Assembly (NCBI GenBank): GCA_020445565.1
Contig: JAGRGI010000031.1
Coordinates: 19,419 to 83,418, forward strand
DNA length: 64,000 nucleotides
Direction: 5' to 3'
Origin: Chromatiales bacterium
Lineage (GTDB): Bacteria; Pseudomonadota; Gammaproteobacteria; JAGRCI01
Below, piece by piece: positions 1 to 9,659 of this stretch; position 1 is the stretch's first letter, and the number at the start of each line of letters is the position of its first letter. The notes beneath the pieces are model-generated. The model did not search any database. It was not told the DNA's origin and was given only the letters and a program-made list of their open reading frames with translations. A program made the translations under genes and the position numbers.

Positions 1-457
1 GTTGGAGCAATCGCGGGTGGTCGGCCGCCAGCAAGGTCTTGCCCTGATGCCGCAAGGCATAGGGTATCCAGGCTGGCAGCTTCTCCTTCGAGGAATCCGT
101 TAACTTCGTATCGGTCAGTTTCAACTGGCGCGGATACCCGTCGCAGGTAATCACTACGGGGGGAAACTGCGGAAAGGAGAGCAGCAGAAGGTGAGGATCG
201 TCGCCAAAACTACGGCCCAATACGATGCGATGCATATCCACCACGGGCAGCAGATCGCCGCGCAGGCTGGTCAGCCCCGCACACCAATGGGGCGCGAAGG
301 GAATGGCATAGATCTTTCGCGATGTCAGCACCTCTGCCGGTACGCCCGTTTCGATGAGGATCGAATGCGGACCGATCTGGTAGGTGAAGCGACTTGCTGC
401 TGAATTCAGCACCGCCGCTTCGCCTGAAAACGAATCGTTTTTCGCTTGCTGGTTCAT
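1..457 (-). CDS. CheW-like coupling protein (PilI-like); C-terminus runs off the window
   Basis: Open frame absent from the ORF track because it reaches the window edge. My translation from ATG 457 reads MNQQAKNDSFSGEAAVLNSAASRFTYQIGPHSILIETGVPAEVL...HWCAGLTSLRGDLLPVVDMHRIV, the CheW-type 'G.xNLRGxxxPVxD' core. GGAGG lies 6 nt upstream. It directly follows a CheY-like gene. Confidence 0.6.
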   Translation of the reverse strand, partial: MNQQAKNDSFSGEAAVLNSAASRFTYQIGPHSILIETGVPAEVLTSRKIYAIPFAPHWCAGLTSLRGDLLPVVDMHRIVLGRSFGDDPHLLLLSFPQFPPVVITCDGYPRQLKLTDTKLTDSSKEKLPAWIPYALRHQGKTLLAADHPRLLQ

Positions 458-507
458 ACCGCCCTCCTGGCCGGGAAGAAACCTGGTGGACTAGATCGAT
501 GGACGAT

Positions 508-906
508 TCACAGTGAGCGAATCTGTCCAAGTATTTCTTCGTCGGTATAGGGTTTTACGACGTAGCCGTTGGCACCAAGTTTCTTTGCCCAATCCTTGTC
601 CACCGGGTTCGATTTGCTGGAAATCATTACCACCGGAATCGAGTGGGTAACTTGATTGCGGCGAATGGCCCTGCAGGCATGATAACCGTCCCCGTCGTCC
701 ATGATGATGTCGAGCAAAATCGCATCCGGTTTCTCCTTTTCGGCGAGCACTTTGGCCTCGTTTCCGGATTGGGCACCCACTACCGTGTAGCCCGCCCCCT
801 CAAGAATCCGAGTCAGGTTCAAACGCTCGGTTACCGAATCGTCCGCAATCAAAATCTTGCGAATTGCCGGCGAAGTTCCCGCTAAGTTGGCCATGTTATC
901 CCCCAC
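508..906 (-). CDS. Single-domain CheY-like response regulator (PilG/PilH-like)
   Basis: 132 aa. Receiver signature ILIADDS...ILLDIIMDDGDG...VVMISSK...GYVVKP (acidic pocket, phospho-Asp, T/S, K-P). An alternative start lies at MANLAG (894). Confidence 0.85.
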   Translation of the reverse strand: MGDNMANLAGTSPAIRKILIADDSVTERLNLTRILEGAGYTVVGAQSGNEAKVLAEKEKPDAILLDIIMDDGDGYHACRAIRRNQVTHSIPVVMISSKSNPVDKDWAKKLGANGYVVKPYTDEEILGQIRSL

Positions 907-1097
907 TGAGTACTGCTTGGTCTAAAATCAGTGATCGTTTCTGTCTACGCGCGTCGTTTAACCGCATGCTCTTCCGCAACATCCGCACAAGGCACATGGC
1001 TCAGCAGAACCGATTCGGGCACGAGGGCCGCATGTGCAGCACCGCGCCCGGATCGGGACGGCTCAAGCCAGCCCCGAGTCCGGGGAGATACCACGGA

Positions 1098-1460
1098 CTA
1101 GATCAGCTTCGCGATATTCTGCGCCGCACGCTTTACGTCCAGGAAAACCAAACCCAGTTTGGCTGTCGGTTTGGCAAGCACGGACACCACGGCCTCATCG
1201 CCGGCATGAGTCATCAACACGTAGCCGTCGCTGCCTTTGATGAGAACCTGCTCCAGGTCGCCGCGACCCAGTTCCTGCGCGGTTCTGTCACCCAGAGACA
1301 GCATTGCCGCGCTCATGGCACCGACCCGGTCCTCGTCCATGTTCGCCGGCAGCATGGCGGCCATCATCAAGCCGTCCGTCGAGATGATGGCGGAGGCTTC
1401 AATATCCGCCGAAGAACCGTTCAGGTCACTGAGAATCGATGCCAACATGTCTTGGCGCAT
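1098..1460 (-). CDS. Roadblock/LC7 (MglB-like) domain protein
   Basis: Reads MRQDMLASILSDLNGSSADIEASAIISTDGLMMAAMLPANMDEDRVGAMSAAMLSLGDRTAQEL..GYVLMTHAGDEAVVSVL. This is the typical Roadblock pattern (x-vxGvxga.lvs.DGl.ia...d.d..aa...a). AGGAG lies 7 nt upstream of ATG 1460. The ORF-track start at 1490 is less likely. Confidence 0.75.
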   Translation of the reverse strand: MRQDMLASILSDLNGSSADIEASAIISTDGLMMAAMLPANMDEDRVGAMSAAMLSLGDRTAQELGRGDLEQVLIKGSDGYVLMTHAGDEAVVSVLAKPTAKLGLVFLDVKRAAQNIAKLI

Positions 1461-1824
1461 TTTTCTGCTCCTGATTGCACAATGAAACATGCCGCTGAAA
1501 TCCCACCCCCGGTGGTTGCCATCGGCATGTACTACTCACACCCGTCGGGTATGCTTGCGAGCCGAAGCCCCGCTTCGAGTCGCAAAAGCAATCCCGGCGG
1601 AATCACCTGGCGCCGGACAGGTTCCTGGATCGGGTCGAGCCTTGGGGCGATTTCCCTCAATCGCCTGATCAGAGTGTCCCGCGCCACCCCCGATTCGGTC
1701 CTTTATTGACCTTTATTTGATTTGTCGAGCTGCCACGGCATGCGCCCTCTCGCATACCGGATGGCTCTAAAACTTCACTTCTGCCACTCAGGCTATGCCG
1801 GTAATCGCGATGTCGTCCCGCAGA

Positions 1825-2469
1825 TCACCAACTATTGTCTACGGCATATCGGCGCGCCAACAGCCCAACCAATTCCAGGTAAGCCTTCTGGTTGAATCTG
1901 GGCCGCCCTTCGATAGCCAGAGTCAGTCGCAACCGACCAATGTAAAGGGGCCAGAATCCAAGCTGGCTGTTGCCGCTGGACTCCACCAACCCCCAGGCTT
2001 GTTCCTGCAAACCCAGACTGTTTCGCAGCACGCGCTTGTGTCTGTCATATAAGCTGCCCAGATCGGCGCTTACCGCAGAAATCGACTCGGCCACCTCATG
2101 GGCAAACCCATGAGTGCCAAGATAGAGCCCTTGCGCATCGGCCAGCAGCACATTGCCATCCTCGGAGAGTTCGGCCAGCAACTGCGGCATTCGCCCCTCC
2201 ATCGTCCCATGCTCGGCAATATACGGTTGCTCCAGACCAATGACCCACTCCAGGGATTGCATGCGTTGGAGCAATCGCAAGGTATCGTCCTCGGACAACC
2301 CGCACCACGCTGCCATACTGCCTAGCTCCGCGGACGGACTGCTCTCGCGGCAAAGCACTTCCAGAAGCAATCGCCGCGCAGGTTCCGGATGATCGTCGCG
2401 GGCCATGTAATAGGCGCCCATGGACGTCGCGCCCAGATACAGGCTGGCGTTCAGCCGCAAATCCGCCAT
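1825..2469 (-). CDS. Hypothetical protein, C-terminal half Roadblock-like
   Basis: ATG at 2469 (MADLRLNASLY...) lies 1 nt after the GTPase stop (2471-2473). The segment NVLLADAQGLYLGTHGFAHEVAESISAVSADLGSLYDR resembles a Roadblock core. The function call is inference. Confidence 0.55.
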   Translation of the reverse strand: MADLRLNASLYLGATSMGAYYMARDDHPEPARRLLLEVLCRESSPSAELGSMAAWCGLSEDDTLRLLQRMQSLEWVIGLEQPYIAEHGTMEGRMPQLLAELSEDGNVLLADAQGLYLGTHGFAHEVAESISAVSADLGSLYDRHKRVLRNSLGLQEQAWGLVESSGNSQLGFWPLYIGRLRLTLAIEGRPRFNQKAYLELVGLLARRYAVDNSW

Positions 2470-2470
2470 A

Positions 2471-3007
2471 TCAGTCGCTGATGCCAGGATCCAGGCAATA
2501 CAACAGACACTGAACCAGCTGGACCACGTCATCACGCCGATGGGCATCGACCTCCATCACCGGCAGCCGCCTCCCCGCACGTTCGATCTCCGCCTGATAT
2601 TGCATCAACGTCGGCTTATCCTTCTCGTCCATGTGAGTGACACCGATCACCACCGCGGTTCGGTCGATGAACGGACCGAAGGCCCGCAGAAAGAAATGCA
2701 AATCGCGAAAGGGCTCGATCCGGCTGTTGTCCACCAGCAACACCAGTCCGAGACCGCCTTCGGTGAGGATGTCCCACATGAAGTCAAAGCGCTCCTGTCC
2801 GGGTGTGCCGTACAGGTGTACCCGCTCGCCTTCGCGCAGCTTCATCACCCCGTAGTCCATCGCTACGGTGGTATGCGACTTGAATTGGGCCGTCATGTCG
2901 GTGGCCCGCTCGTCGGTGGAGACGATGGGCGTATCCGAGATTGCCGTGATCGCCGTCGTCTTACCTGCCCCCACCGGACCGGTGAAAATGATCTTGTAGT
3001 TGCCCAT
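2471..3007 (-). CDS. Small Ras-like GTPase, COG2229 / CvnD / MglA-like
   Basis: 178 aa. P-loop GPVGAGKTT, switch region TTVAMDYGVMKL...LYGTPGQERF, then LVLLVD and GVTHMD (an NKxD-like position). This matches the conservon CvnD-type GTPase pattern. Confidence 0.85.
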   Translation of the reverse strand: MGNYKIIFTGPVGAGKTTAITAISDTPIVSTDERATDMTAQFKSHTTVAMDYGVMKLREGERVHLYGTPGQERFDFMWDILTEGGLGLVLLVDNSRIEPFRDLHFFLRAFGPFIDRTAVVIGVTHMDEKDKPTLMQYQAEIERAGRRLPVMEVDAHRRDDVVQLVQCLLYCLDPGISD

Positions 3008-3026
3008 GGCATTCTTGTTCTGTTTC

Positions 3027-4235
3027 CTAACGACCGCTCAAGTGTCGCAAAATTCGCCCCAGCAAGCCACGCTTTGCACTCGGTTTCGGCTGCTCCACCA
3101 GCTCCACGGTCTGTGGACGGGTGCTGGCGACCAGGTCCAGAGCCAGACAGGCACTGTAGAAAGCCCCGACAAATCGGCTCTCCATCCCCAGCACCCTTGA
3201 GGTATCGCGCAGAGATACATCCTGGTGCAACCAAAGGGCGGCAATACGCGCGAACTGCGGCACGGTCAGCAGACGCGTCAGGTTCGGCCACCTTTTAAGG
3301 TGGACCACCTCATCCAGGCGGGTACCCGCCGGCACTCGTCCGCGGGCACTCCACAAGGCCAACTTCCACATCACCTGATCGATGCTGGTCATGGTCTGCC
3401 CGTCGGCATAGGACAGATGGAATTCGGGAATTGCCAGCATTTCTCCCCAGACACCGGCGGCGTCCCGACGCACGATGCTCAGTGAGCGCAGCATATTGTC
3501 CGACACATCCGTAGCGATGACTTTCGAACGAGGCAGTACGCTGAGGGTTTTCCCCCCCGTCAATTGCAGCCGTACAGGCATTTTTTCCCTGTCGGCGTCG
3601 CGTAGCGCCCGCGCCACCACCCCTTGCAGCAGTTCTGCCGGCTGGTAGAACGTCCTCGGGTCGCTTTCGTCGAGCGCCGAATTGCCGGGAGCACCGCAAC
3701 ACTCATGCGACTGCCGAATGGACAGCTCTTCGGCCTGAGAGATCTTGGTCCGTACGCGATCGAAACCGCCGAGCTTGGGCACCTTGCGCGGCCTGGGCAT
3801 CTCCGCCGTGGTTATCGGCGCAGGTGCAGGAGCGGGCGCGGGCGGCATGGGGTTGGCGATAGGCGCAGGCTTGGAAATCGCCGCAGGCACCACTATCGGC
3901 TGTTCAGCCCTGGGCGCCATGAATCTGGCGCCGAGATTGCGTCGGCAGCCGTCCAGCGCATCCAGCAAAGGCTGACAGCGTACCGGCTTGCGCAGCACCT
4001 GAACGCCCTCCATATGCTCTTCCATCACCGACAGGGCGATAATGGGTTTCCCCGGATGGCGCTGGCGGAACTCGGTGAGTAACTCCGGCCCCCACACCGA
4101 GTCCATGTCCACCACAGCGATGTCACCGTCGCCATTGGGGCTTTCCTTGTACTGGCCGCTGGCCTGACGGCCAAAAAACATGCTCATGATCGCGCGATCG
4201 CGATCAGTGAACCCAACCAATGTCACGTTAAGCAT
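3027..4235 (-). CDS. Receiver-like domain protein with Pro/Ala linker and C-terminal domain of unknown function
   Basis: 402 aa. The N-terminus VTLVGFTDRD...IAVVDMD...IIALSV...LRKPV looks like a REC fold with the K-P retained but a non-canonical acidic pocket. A PAPAPAPAP linker follows. The roughly 220-aa C-terminal domain is not recognised. Confidence 0.6.
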   Translation of the reverse strand: MLNVTLVGFTDRDRAIMSMFFGRQASGQYKESPNGDGDIAVVDMDSVWGPELLTEFRQRHPGKPIIALSVMEEHMEGVQVLRKPVRCQPLLDALDGCRRNLGARFMAPRAEQPIVVPAAISKPAPIANPMPPAPAPAPAPITTAEMPRPRKVPKLGGFDRVRTKISQAEELSIRQSHECCGAPGNSALDESDPRTFYQPAELLQGVVARALRDADREKMPVRLQLTGGKTLSVLPRSKVIATDVSDNMLRSLSIVRRDAAGVWGEMLAIPEFHLSYADGQTMTSIDQVMWKLALWSARGRVPAGTRLDEVVHLKRWPNLTRLLTVPQFARIAALWLHQDVSLRDTSRVLGMESRFVGAFYSACLALDLVASTRPQTVELVEQPKPSAKRGLLGRILRHLSGR

Positions 4236-4246
4236 ACCGCAGCTCC

Positions 4247-5020
4247 TCAGGCGCTAGCCCGCGCTTCAAGTTCGGATTCCAGATGCTCCCATGCGTCGGG
4301 AAGGGTCTCGCCTGCCCGCTGGAGACGTCTCTTGGTGCTGCGCAGTTCGTCCACCTCCCGGGTGTGACGAAAGATCTCCAAAATCTCTTCGTGCAGTTCG
4401 AGACGCTCCGGCTGCAACAGAATCGCGTTTTCGAGAACCTCGCGGGCCTCATCGATTTGCCCGCTATCCAGCCATTCGCGCGACTCTTCAAGTGCGTCCG
4501 ACGTCACCAGCGGCTGGAACTCCGCCTTTTCCACGGCCTCGACCAGACGGGCGCTGCCCCAGGCGAAGTTGCCAAGAACATTGTGGCGCCCATTGACGCG
4601 CAGGTAGGTGGAATCGCCGAAATGGTCGTCGTCACTTGCCAGATGAGCGATCTCTTGTTCGCTGAGCAGATAACGTGCCTTGTGCAGTAGACGATTGCGC
4701 AGACTGCTCCCCTGGCGACCGAGCACACGTTGGAGATCGATCAATGCATCGATCACGGCATCGCGCTCGGCGAGCTGAATATGGGTGAGAATGCGGCGGG
4801 TATGGGCGAGAAGATCCTTAGGGTGCCGCCCTACAGCAAAGGCTGCCAGACGGGCAAAACGCTCCGGGCGCATGCCGCTGGGCGGATTGAGGCCGCGGTA
4901 ATTTTCCACCAACAGCCCATCCAGCGTATCGTCGATGGGCGCGAGGCGTGTCGTGCCGGATGAGGCAACCAATAGCGCCTGCTTACCCTTTTCGGTCTCG
5001 CTGTTCTGAAACGTTCCCAT
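4247..5020 (-). CDS. Hypothetical protein (first gene of the GTPase/Roadblock/Che operon)
   Basis: 257-aa ORF with ordinary composition. Its stop lies 11 nt before the next start. The helical, TPR-like C-terminus reads EESREWLDSGQIDEAREVLENAILLQPERLELHEEILEIF. Confidence 0.55.
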   Translation of the reverse strand: MGTFQNSETEKGKQALLVASSGTTRLAPIDDTLDGLLVENYRGLNPPSGMRPERFARLAAFAVGRHPKDLLAHTRRILTHIQLAERDAVIDALIDLQRVLGRQGSSLRNRLLHKARYLLSEQEIAHLASDDDHFGDSTYLRVNGRHNVLGNFAWGSARLVEAVEKAEFQPLVTSDALEESREWLDSGQIDEAREVLENAILLQPERLELHEEILEIFRHTREVDELRSTKRRLQRAGETLPDAWEHLESELEARASA

Positions 5021-6655
5021 AGCGGATCCTGTGTTCTAATGACTTTTCATTTCCGCGAGCTTCATGCGGCTTGTCTCTGGCAGCTCTGCGAACGGCCAGT
5101 GTCGTATGGAGACCCGGGAACCGCTATACCCCTGGCAATCTCCTCATCTGCGAGTTTTCGTCATCGCCCCGACCGTGAAACGAAAACCCGGAGCTCCTTC
5201 AGAACGACCGATCCTTCCGTCGCCCGGCGGCACCCCACTCTCGAAACAACGGGAGGGTGGCGCCATAAGAAGAGCACTCCAGCGGGCACGCACAACCAAA
5301 TTTCAGGGTAAAACTCACCTGTGGCGCGAAATACTTGCCTGTCGCACCTCTGAACCCGAATTTGTTTGGTGTTTTCTTTTTGACTAGGCTGCCCTCATCG
5401 CATACCGCATCGCGACAGCCTGTAAGATCGTGAAATTATTGATGTTTTGAATAAACACCAAGATATTCCACTTCTCCCGCTAGGGATTAGAGTAACATAA
5501 TGGACTGCCTAAGCAAGCTTATTTTTCCAAAACTTCAATAGGGGAAAACCCGAAGCCTAAAACGGGTTTACCCGCAATCGTGGCTGGGATTACCCCAATT
5601 CAACAAAAACACAGAAAGATCACTCTGTTTTTGAGATTTCGGCGTCCAATTCCGTCGTCACAGACTTGCCCGTTGTTCGCTGCAGGGTGTCGAGAGGGGG
5701 AGCGGCAAGATGCCGCCTCATTGGCAGGAGGGGGTCTGGAATCAAGTAAAACACATCGAATAAGGCGCCACGCACAAATGACGCCCGGACCGCAAACCGG
5801 AATCATGAGTCGACCGCTGGCCGGCTAACGCAGGCGCACTGAACCGGTACCGGTCCTCGGTTTCTCACCTTGGTCTGGGGAAACCCGTGATAGTCGGGCT
5901 GCTTTGCGCTGCTGCTGCACCTGCCCCTCACGACTGGCCACACTGCCAAGCCCGGCGGACAGCCTATCCGCCGATTGCGGCGGCCGGTGCATGAGCGCGG
6001 GGGTGTGGAAAGGATACAGTGGCGATTCGAGCGGGTCCTGCGCCCACAGCGTCGGCGATACGCTCTGAGGGAAGATCGGGTGGATCTCTTCCAGCGGGCC
6101 ACTGTCGCCCACAACCAGGTCAAAGACACCGAGAGCCCCGGCTCGGACCTGAGGATTTGTCCGAAACGACTCCTGACCACCACCGTTTTGGGCGGACCGC
6201 CCCACTCCGAACGGTTGTGGCAGATGGCGAGAACGATCGCTCATAGCGTGTCACCCCACTTCAGCAAACCGGTTACAAGCCTGGTTGGTAAGGCAATCAA
6301 CCACGATTGGGGGGCTCTTGCACGCTGGCAGACTGCTGGCCCACAGCGGGACAACAGCAGTAGCGCTACCGAAGCGCAGCCGAGGTCGCCTCCCAAAGGC
6401 GGTTTCGCGCTCAAAAAAGCACGCCGCCCCCGTTCGACGGACCCCGAGTCGTCTTTCCATCCTCTCAATCGCCCGAACCCTACCGGTTCGGCAAGCTGTT
6501 TTCATTGTCACCGCCTCTGTAGGGCGGCGTGTTTCGAGTCTTTCGCCAGATTGACAATACGCCGATTGCGTTGCGAAGCGGCTGATTCAAATCAAATACC
6601 ACTGGGCCGTGTATGTGCTGGATGCCTGATTCCTTGCCTGTGGCTACTCTAGCAG

Positions 6656-6659
6656 CTAA
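6656..6659. repeat. Target-site duplication CTAA (left copy)
   Basis: Identical CTAA immediately outside both IS ends. IS5-group elements duplicate a 4-bp YTAR target. Confidence 0.8.
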
Positions 6660-7960
6660 CAGGCTGTTGAAATTCGCCCACCAGAGTCGACAATAGCGGT
6701 AACTCCCGGGCAGGATAGAAAACACGATGCGCGGCCCGGACCTTCAACAAGACACCCTGTTCAGCACGGCGAGCCCGGAGTCTCGGGTTCCCAAGGATCA
6801 TCCGCTGCGTCCGATTCGAGCCATGGTCGATCAGGCCCTGCGGGAACTCGATTCCCAGTTCGATGCGCTGTACTCGGTATATGGCCGAGATTCGATACCG
6901 CCGGAGAAACTGCTGCGCGCCCAGCTAGTGATGGCGCTGTATACGATTCGCAGCGAGCGGCAACTGGTCGAGCAGATCAACTACAACCTGTTGTTCCGCT
7001 GGTTCGTCGGGTTCTCGATCGATGATGAGGTCTGGAACCACTCGACGTTCACGAAGAATCGCGATCGGCTGTTGGGCGGCGACGTGGCTCGTCAGTTCTT
7101 CTCCCGGGTCCTCGGGCAGGCCGATCGGGCCGGGCTGCTCTCGAAGGAACACTTCAGCGTCGATGGCACGCTGATCGAGGCCCTGGCCTCGCACAAGAGC
7201 TACCACCCCAAGGATGAGGAGGGACCGCCGCCAGGCACCGGCGGACGCAACCCCTCGGTGGACTTCCGCGGCAAGCGGCGCAAACGTGACACCCACGAAT
7301 CAAAGACCGACAAAGATGCGCTGCTGTACACCAAGAGCAAGGGTCAGACCGCCAAACTCAGCTACCTGGGCCATCTGCTGATGGAGAACCGCCACGGGCT
7401 GGTGGTCGATACCCGCGTTACCCAGACCACGGGCACGGCCGAACGCGAGGCCGCCATCGCCATGGCCCGTGCGCTCAAGGTCGGACGACGGGTGACCCTG
7501 GGCGCGGACAAAAACTACGATACCCGAAACTTCGTCGCCGACTTGCGCCACGCCAACGTGACCCCTCATGTCGCGCAGAACACCACCAACCGCGCGTCGG
7601 CAATCGACGCCCGCACCACCCGACATCGCGGCTACGCCACGAGTCAGCGTTTTCGCAAGCGCATCGAAGAATGCTTCTGCTGGGCCAAGACCATCGGCGG
7701 GATGCGCAAAAGCCGCTTTGTCGGCCGCCAGAAACTGGACTTCTCATTCGTCCTGACCATGGCGGCCTCCAACCTGGTGCGCATGCGCAATCTGGGGGTG
7801 GCGTCATGCTGAGAGCGGCAGGTCCGTGGGAGTGGTCCGCCTACAAAGCGGAAAACTCGGACCAAGTTGCCAATTCAGGCGCTACAACCTTCATTGCTCT
7901 CGATCCCAGCTGCCCGCCGCGGCATGTGGCGGCTCAAGAACAGTACATTTCAACGGCCTG
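6660..7960 (+). mobile_element. IS5-family insertion sequence, intact (1301 bp)
   Basis: Terminal inverted repeats are CAGGCTGTTGAAAT (6660-6673) and the reverse complement of 7947-7960, CAGGCCGTTGAAAT (13/14 match). A direct 4-bp CTAA duplication flanks it at 6656-6659 and 7961-7964. It holds a single DDE transposase ORF. Confidence 0.9.
6727..7812 (+). CDS. IS5-family DDE transposase
   Basis: 361 aa. The N-terminal DUF772-type block reads HPLRPIRAMVDQAL..LYS..GRDSIPPEKLLRAQLVMALYTIRSERQLVEQINYNLLFRWFVG. The DDE triad context is FSVDGTLIEA, LGADKNYD and RIEECFCWAKT..GMRKSRFVG. Confidence 0.92.
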   Translation: MRGPDLQQDTLFSTASPESRVPKDHPLRPIRAMVDQALRELDSQFDALYSVYGRDSIPPEKLLRAQLVMALYTIRSERQLVEQINYNLLFRWFVGFSIDDEVWNHSTFTKNRDRLLGGDVARQFFSRVLGQADRAGLLSKEHFSVDGTLIEALASHKSYHPKDEEGPPPGTGGRNPSVDFRGKRRKRDTHESKTDKDALLYTKSKGQTAKLSYLGHLLMENRHGLVVDTRVTQTTGTAEREAAIAMARALKVGRRVTLGADKNYDTRNFVADLRHANVTPHVAQNTTNRASAIDARTTRHRGYATSQRFRKRIEECFCWAKTIGGMRKSRFVGRQKLDFSFVLTMAASNLVRMRNLGVASC

Positions 7961-7964
7961 CTAA
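7961..7964. repeat. Target-site duplication CTAA (right copy)
   Basis: See the left copy. Confidence 0.8.
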
Positions 7965-8283
7965 TGCTCTGGCGGGCGGCTTCTCGGCATATGGACGCAC
8001 ATTGTTGCAGTGTTACAGTGAATCGGTAGCCCAACCCAACCGTTGGCCTGAATTGCGCTGGTCCACATCTTATTCTGGCCCGATACCCGAGCCCCTTATG
8101 CAGACACAGCCAGCACACAACGCACGAAGTTAATACCTCCACAGGTTCGACACACGACCTCTGCCAGGGCTCTCAAGTTCCGACCATCAGCGCCTTGTCT
8201 GAGCCCGAAGCACTGTCGTATGCTCAGGCCATAGAAGATCTTTAAGCAGTCTTGGCGTCACACCATTCCACGAAACAGCACTC

Positions 8284-8868
8284 ATGGGCAGTCCGCTACC
8301 GAATGGGGGAAGTCGCAGCACACCGCGCCGCTGGAGCCGTAGTACGTGGCTAGCTGTAAGCTTCGTCTCCGTTTTGGCCGTTATAGCCTTGTCGGGTCCG
8401 GACTCGCCCCCCCCACCAGTCCAGACTCCTCCTGCAACAACGGTCACAGCACAAACGCTTCCGACAATCACGTCACAACCCCAGGCGGCCAGTCAAACAC
8501 ACATCGCCTGCCCGAATCTCGATCTGAATGGTCATTGGCAGGGACAGTTCGTCAATACACGCCGGGCAAGTCCCGAGTCCTACTCGATGCAGATGCACGT
8601 GGCAGGTATGCAGGCGGGACAGATGCGTGGCTCATTGCACTGGCCCGACATCAAAGATGTGTACACAGAGATGGTCGGTACGGCCGCCGGTTGCAAGGTG
8701 CTATTCACCGAGACCCGGGTCATCCGCGGGCCGTCCAGAAGCGTAGTACTGAACGGCCGTTATCAGGGAGTGTACGATCCGACGGGCGACACCATCACAG
8801 GGAAATGGCTGGAGCCGCGAGGTTTGCGCGAAGGCGGTCAGTTTCAAATCAAAAGGGTATCGCTATGA
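8284..8868 (+). CDS. Membrane-anchored hypothetical protein (N-in, one TM, Pro/Thr linker, beta-rich domain)
   Basis: 194 aa. TM segment WLAVSFVSVLAVIAL, then the linker PPPPVQTPPATTVTAQT. The overlapping 8346..8903 frame is Arg-rich and looks like an off-frame artefact. Confidence 0.65.
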   Translation: MGSPLPNGGSRSTPRRWSRSTWLAVSFVSVLAVIALSGPDSPPPPVQTPPATTVTAQTLPTITSQPQAASQTHIACPNLDLNGHWQGQFVNTRRASPESYSMQMHVAGMQAGQMRGSLHWPDIKDVYTEMVGTAAGCKVLFTETRVIRGPSRSVVLNGRYQGVYDPTGDTITGKWLEPRGLREGGQFQIKRVSL

Positions 8869-8914
8869 CGGCGATCGCGACATTCGGCCCTCTCCACTTC
8901 TGACAGGAATCCAA

Positions 8915-9655
8915 ATGACTGAACCGCTCCGCCCACAGCCAAAGCCCGTGAAGTCGACATCGCGCCCCCAATCAGGCTCATCGGGCAAGTCAGGTGCCGT
9001 GACGCGCAATGTCGGCACTTCGAATGCAGGCAATTCCGACTCGTCCGCCACGGCTGGTCCGCCCGCAAGTACCACCCTACCCACACCTCGCTGGCTGATC
9101 GCCGCGGTCGCAACGGCCGCCGTTGCCTTGGGGGCATACTTGCTCCTGCCGGGTGCCGGAACCTGGAACGGTGCGGAGAATCAGGCACCGCAATATCAAC
9201 ATCACCTTCCTCTTGCGGCGCTGAGCACGATCCCGCCGGTGCTGGTTTCCGATGACGACATCGATCATGAGACCACCCAGGTGGCGGTGGCCGCCGCGAA
9301 ATCCGGCACCACCGCCAAAGGACTGACACCGATGTCACCTCAAATGAACCAGGAACTGATTCAAGGCGATATCGATTTCTATTCCATGCATTTCTACGAC
9401 ACCTGCGCGGAAGACGGGGATATCGTCAGCGTGTCGCTGGACAACGGCACGACTTACGGTCCGATACCCATCACCCATCGCGGTACGACGATCAGCATTC
9501 CAGTGAACAAGAGCAAGCCGCCCCGTATCACCCTGCACGCGCTAAAGGACGGTGACGGCGGTGTTACCGTGGGCGTGAAGACCAGCGACGGCGTGTGGTA
9601 CAGCGCGGTGCTGCCCGAGGGTGCCACTCAACCCATTCCCATGAAATTCAACTGA
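8915..9655 (+). CDS. Membrane-anchored hypothetical protein
   Basis: 246 aa. Ser/Gly/Thr-rich N-terminal tail, TM segment WLIAAVATAAVALGAYLLL, and a C-terminal beta-rich domain (GDIVSVSLDNGTTYGPIPITHRGTTISIPV). Confidence 0.65.
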   Translation: MTEPLRPQPKPVKSTSRPQSGSSGKSGAVTRNVGTSNAGNSDSSATAGPPASTTLPTPRWLIAAVATAAVALGAYLLLPGAGTWNGAENQAPQYQHHLPLAALSTIPPVLVSDDDIDHETTQVAVAAAKSGTTAKGLTPMSPQMNQELIQGDIDFYSMHFYDTCAEDGDIVSVSLDNGTTYGPIPITHRGTTISIPVNKSKPPRITLHALKDGDGGVTVGVKTSDGVWYSAVLPEGATQPIPMKFN

Positions 9656-9659
9656 CACC

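Noticed and set aside
5825-6244. 139-aa minus-strand ORF in the gene-poor region.
   Set aside because: It has no recognisable motif, no convincing ribosome-binding site that I could see, and Pro/Arg/Gly/Ser-rich ends. It is retained only as a possibility inside the non-coding-tract finding.
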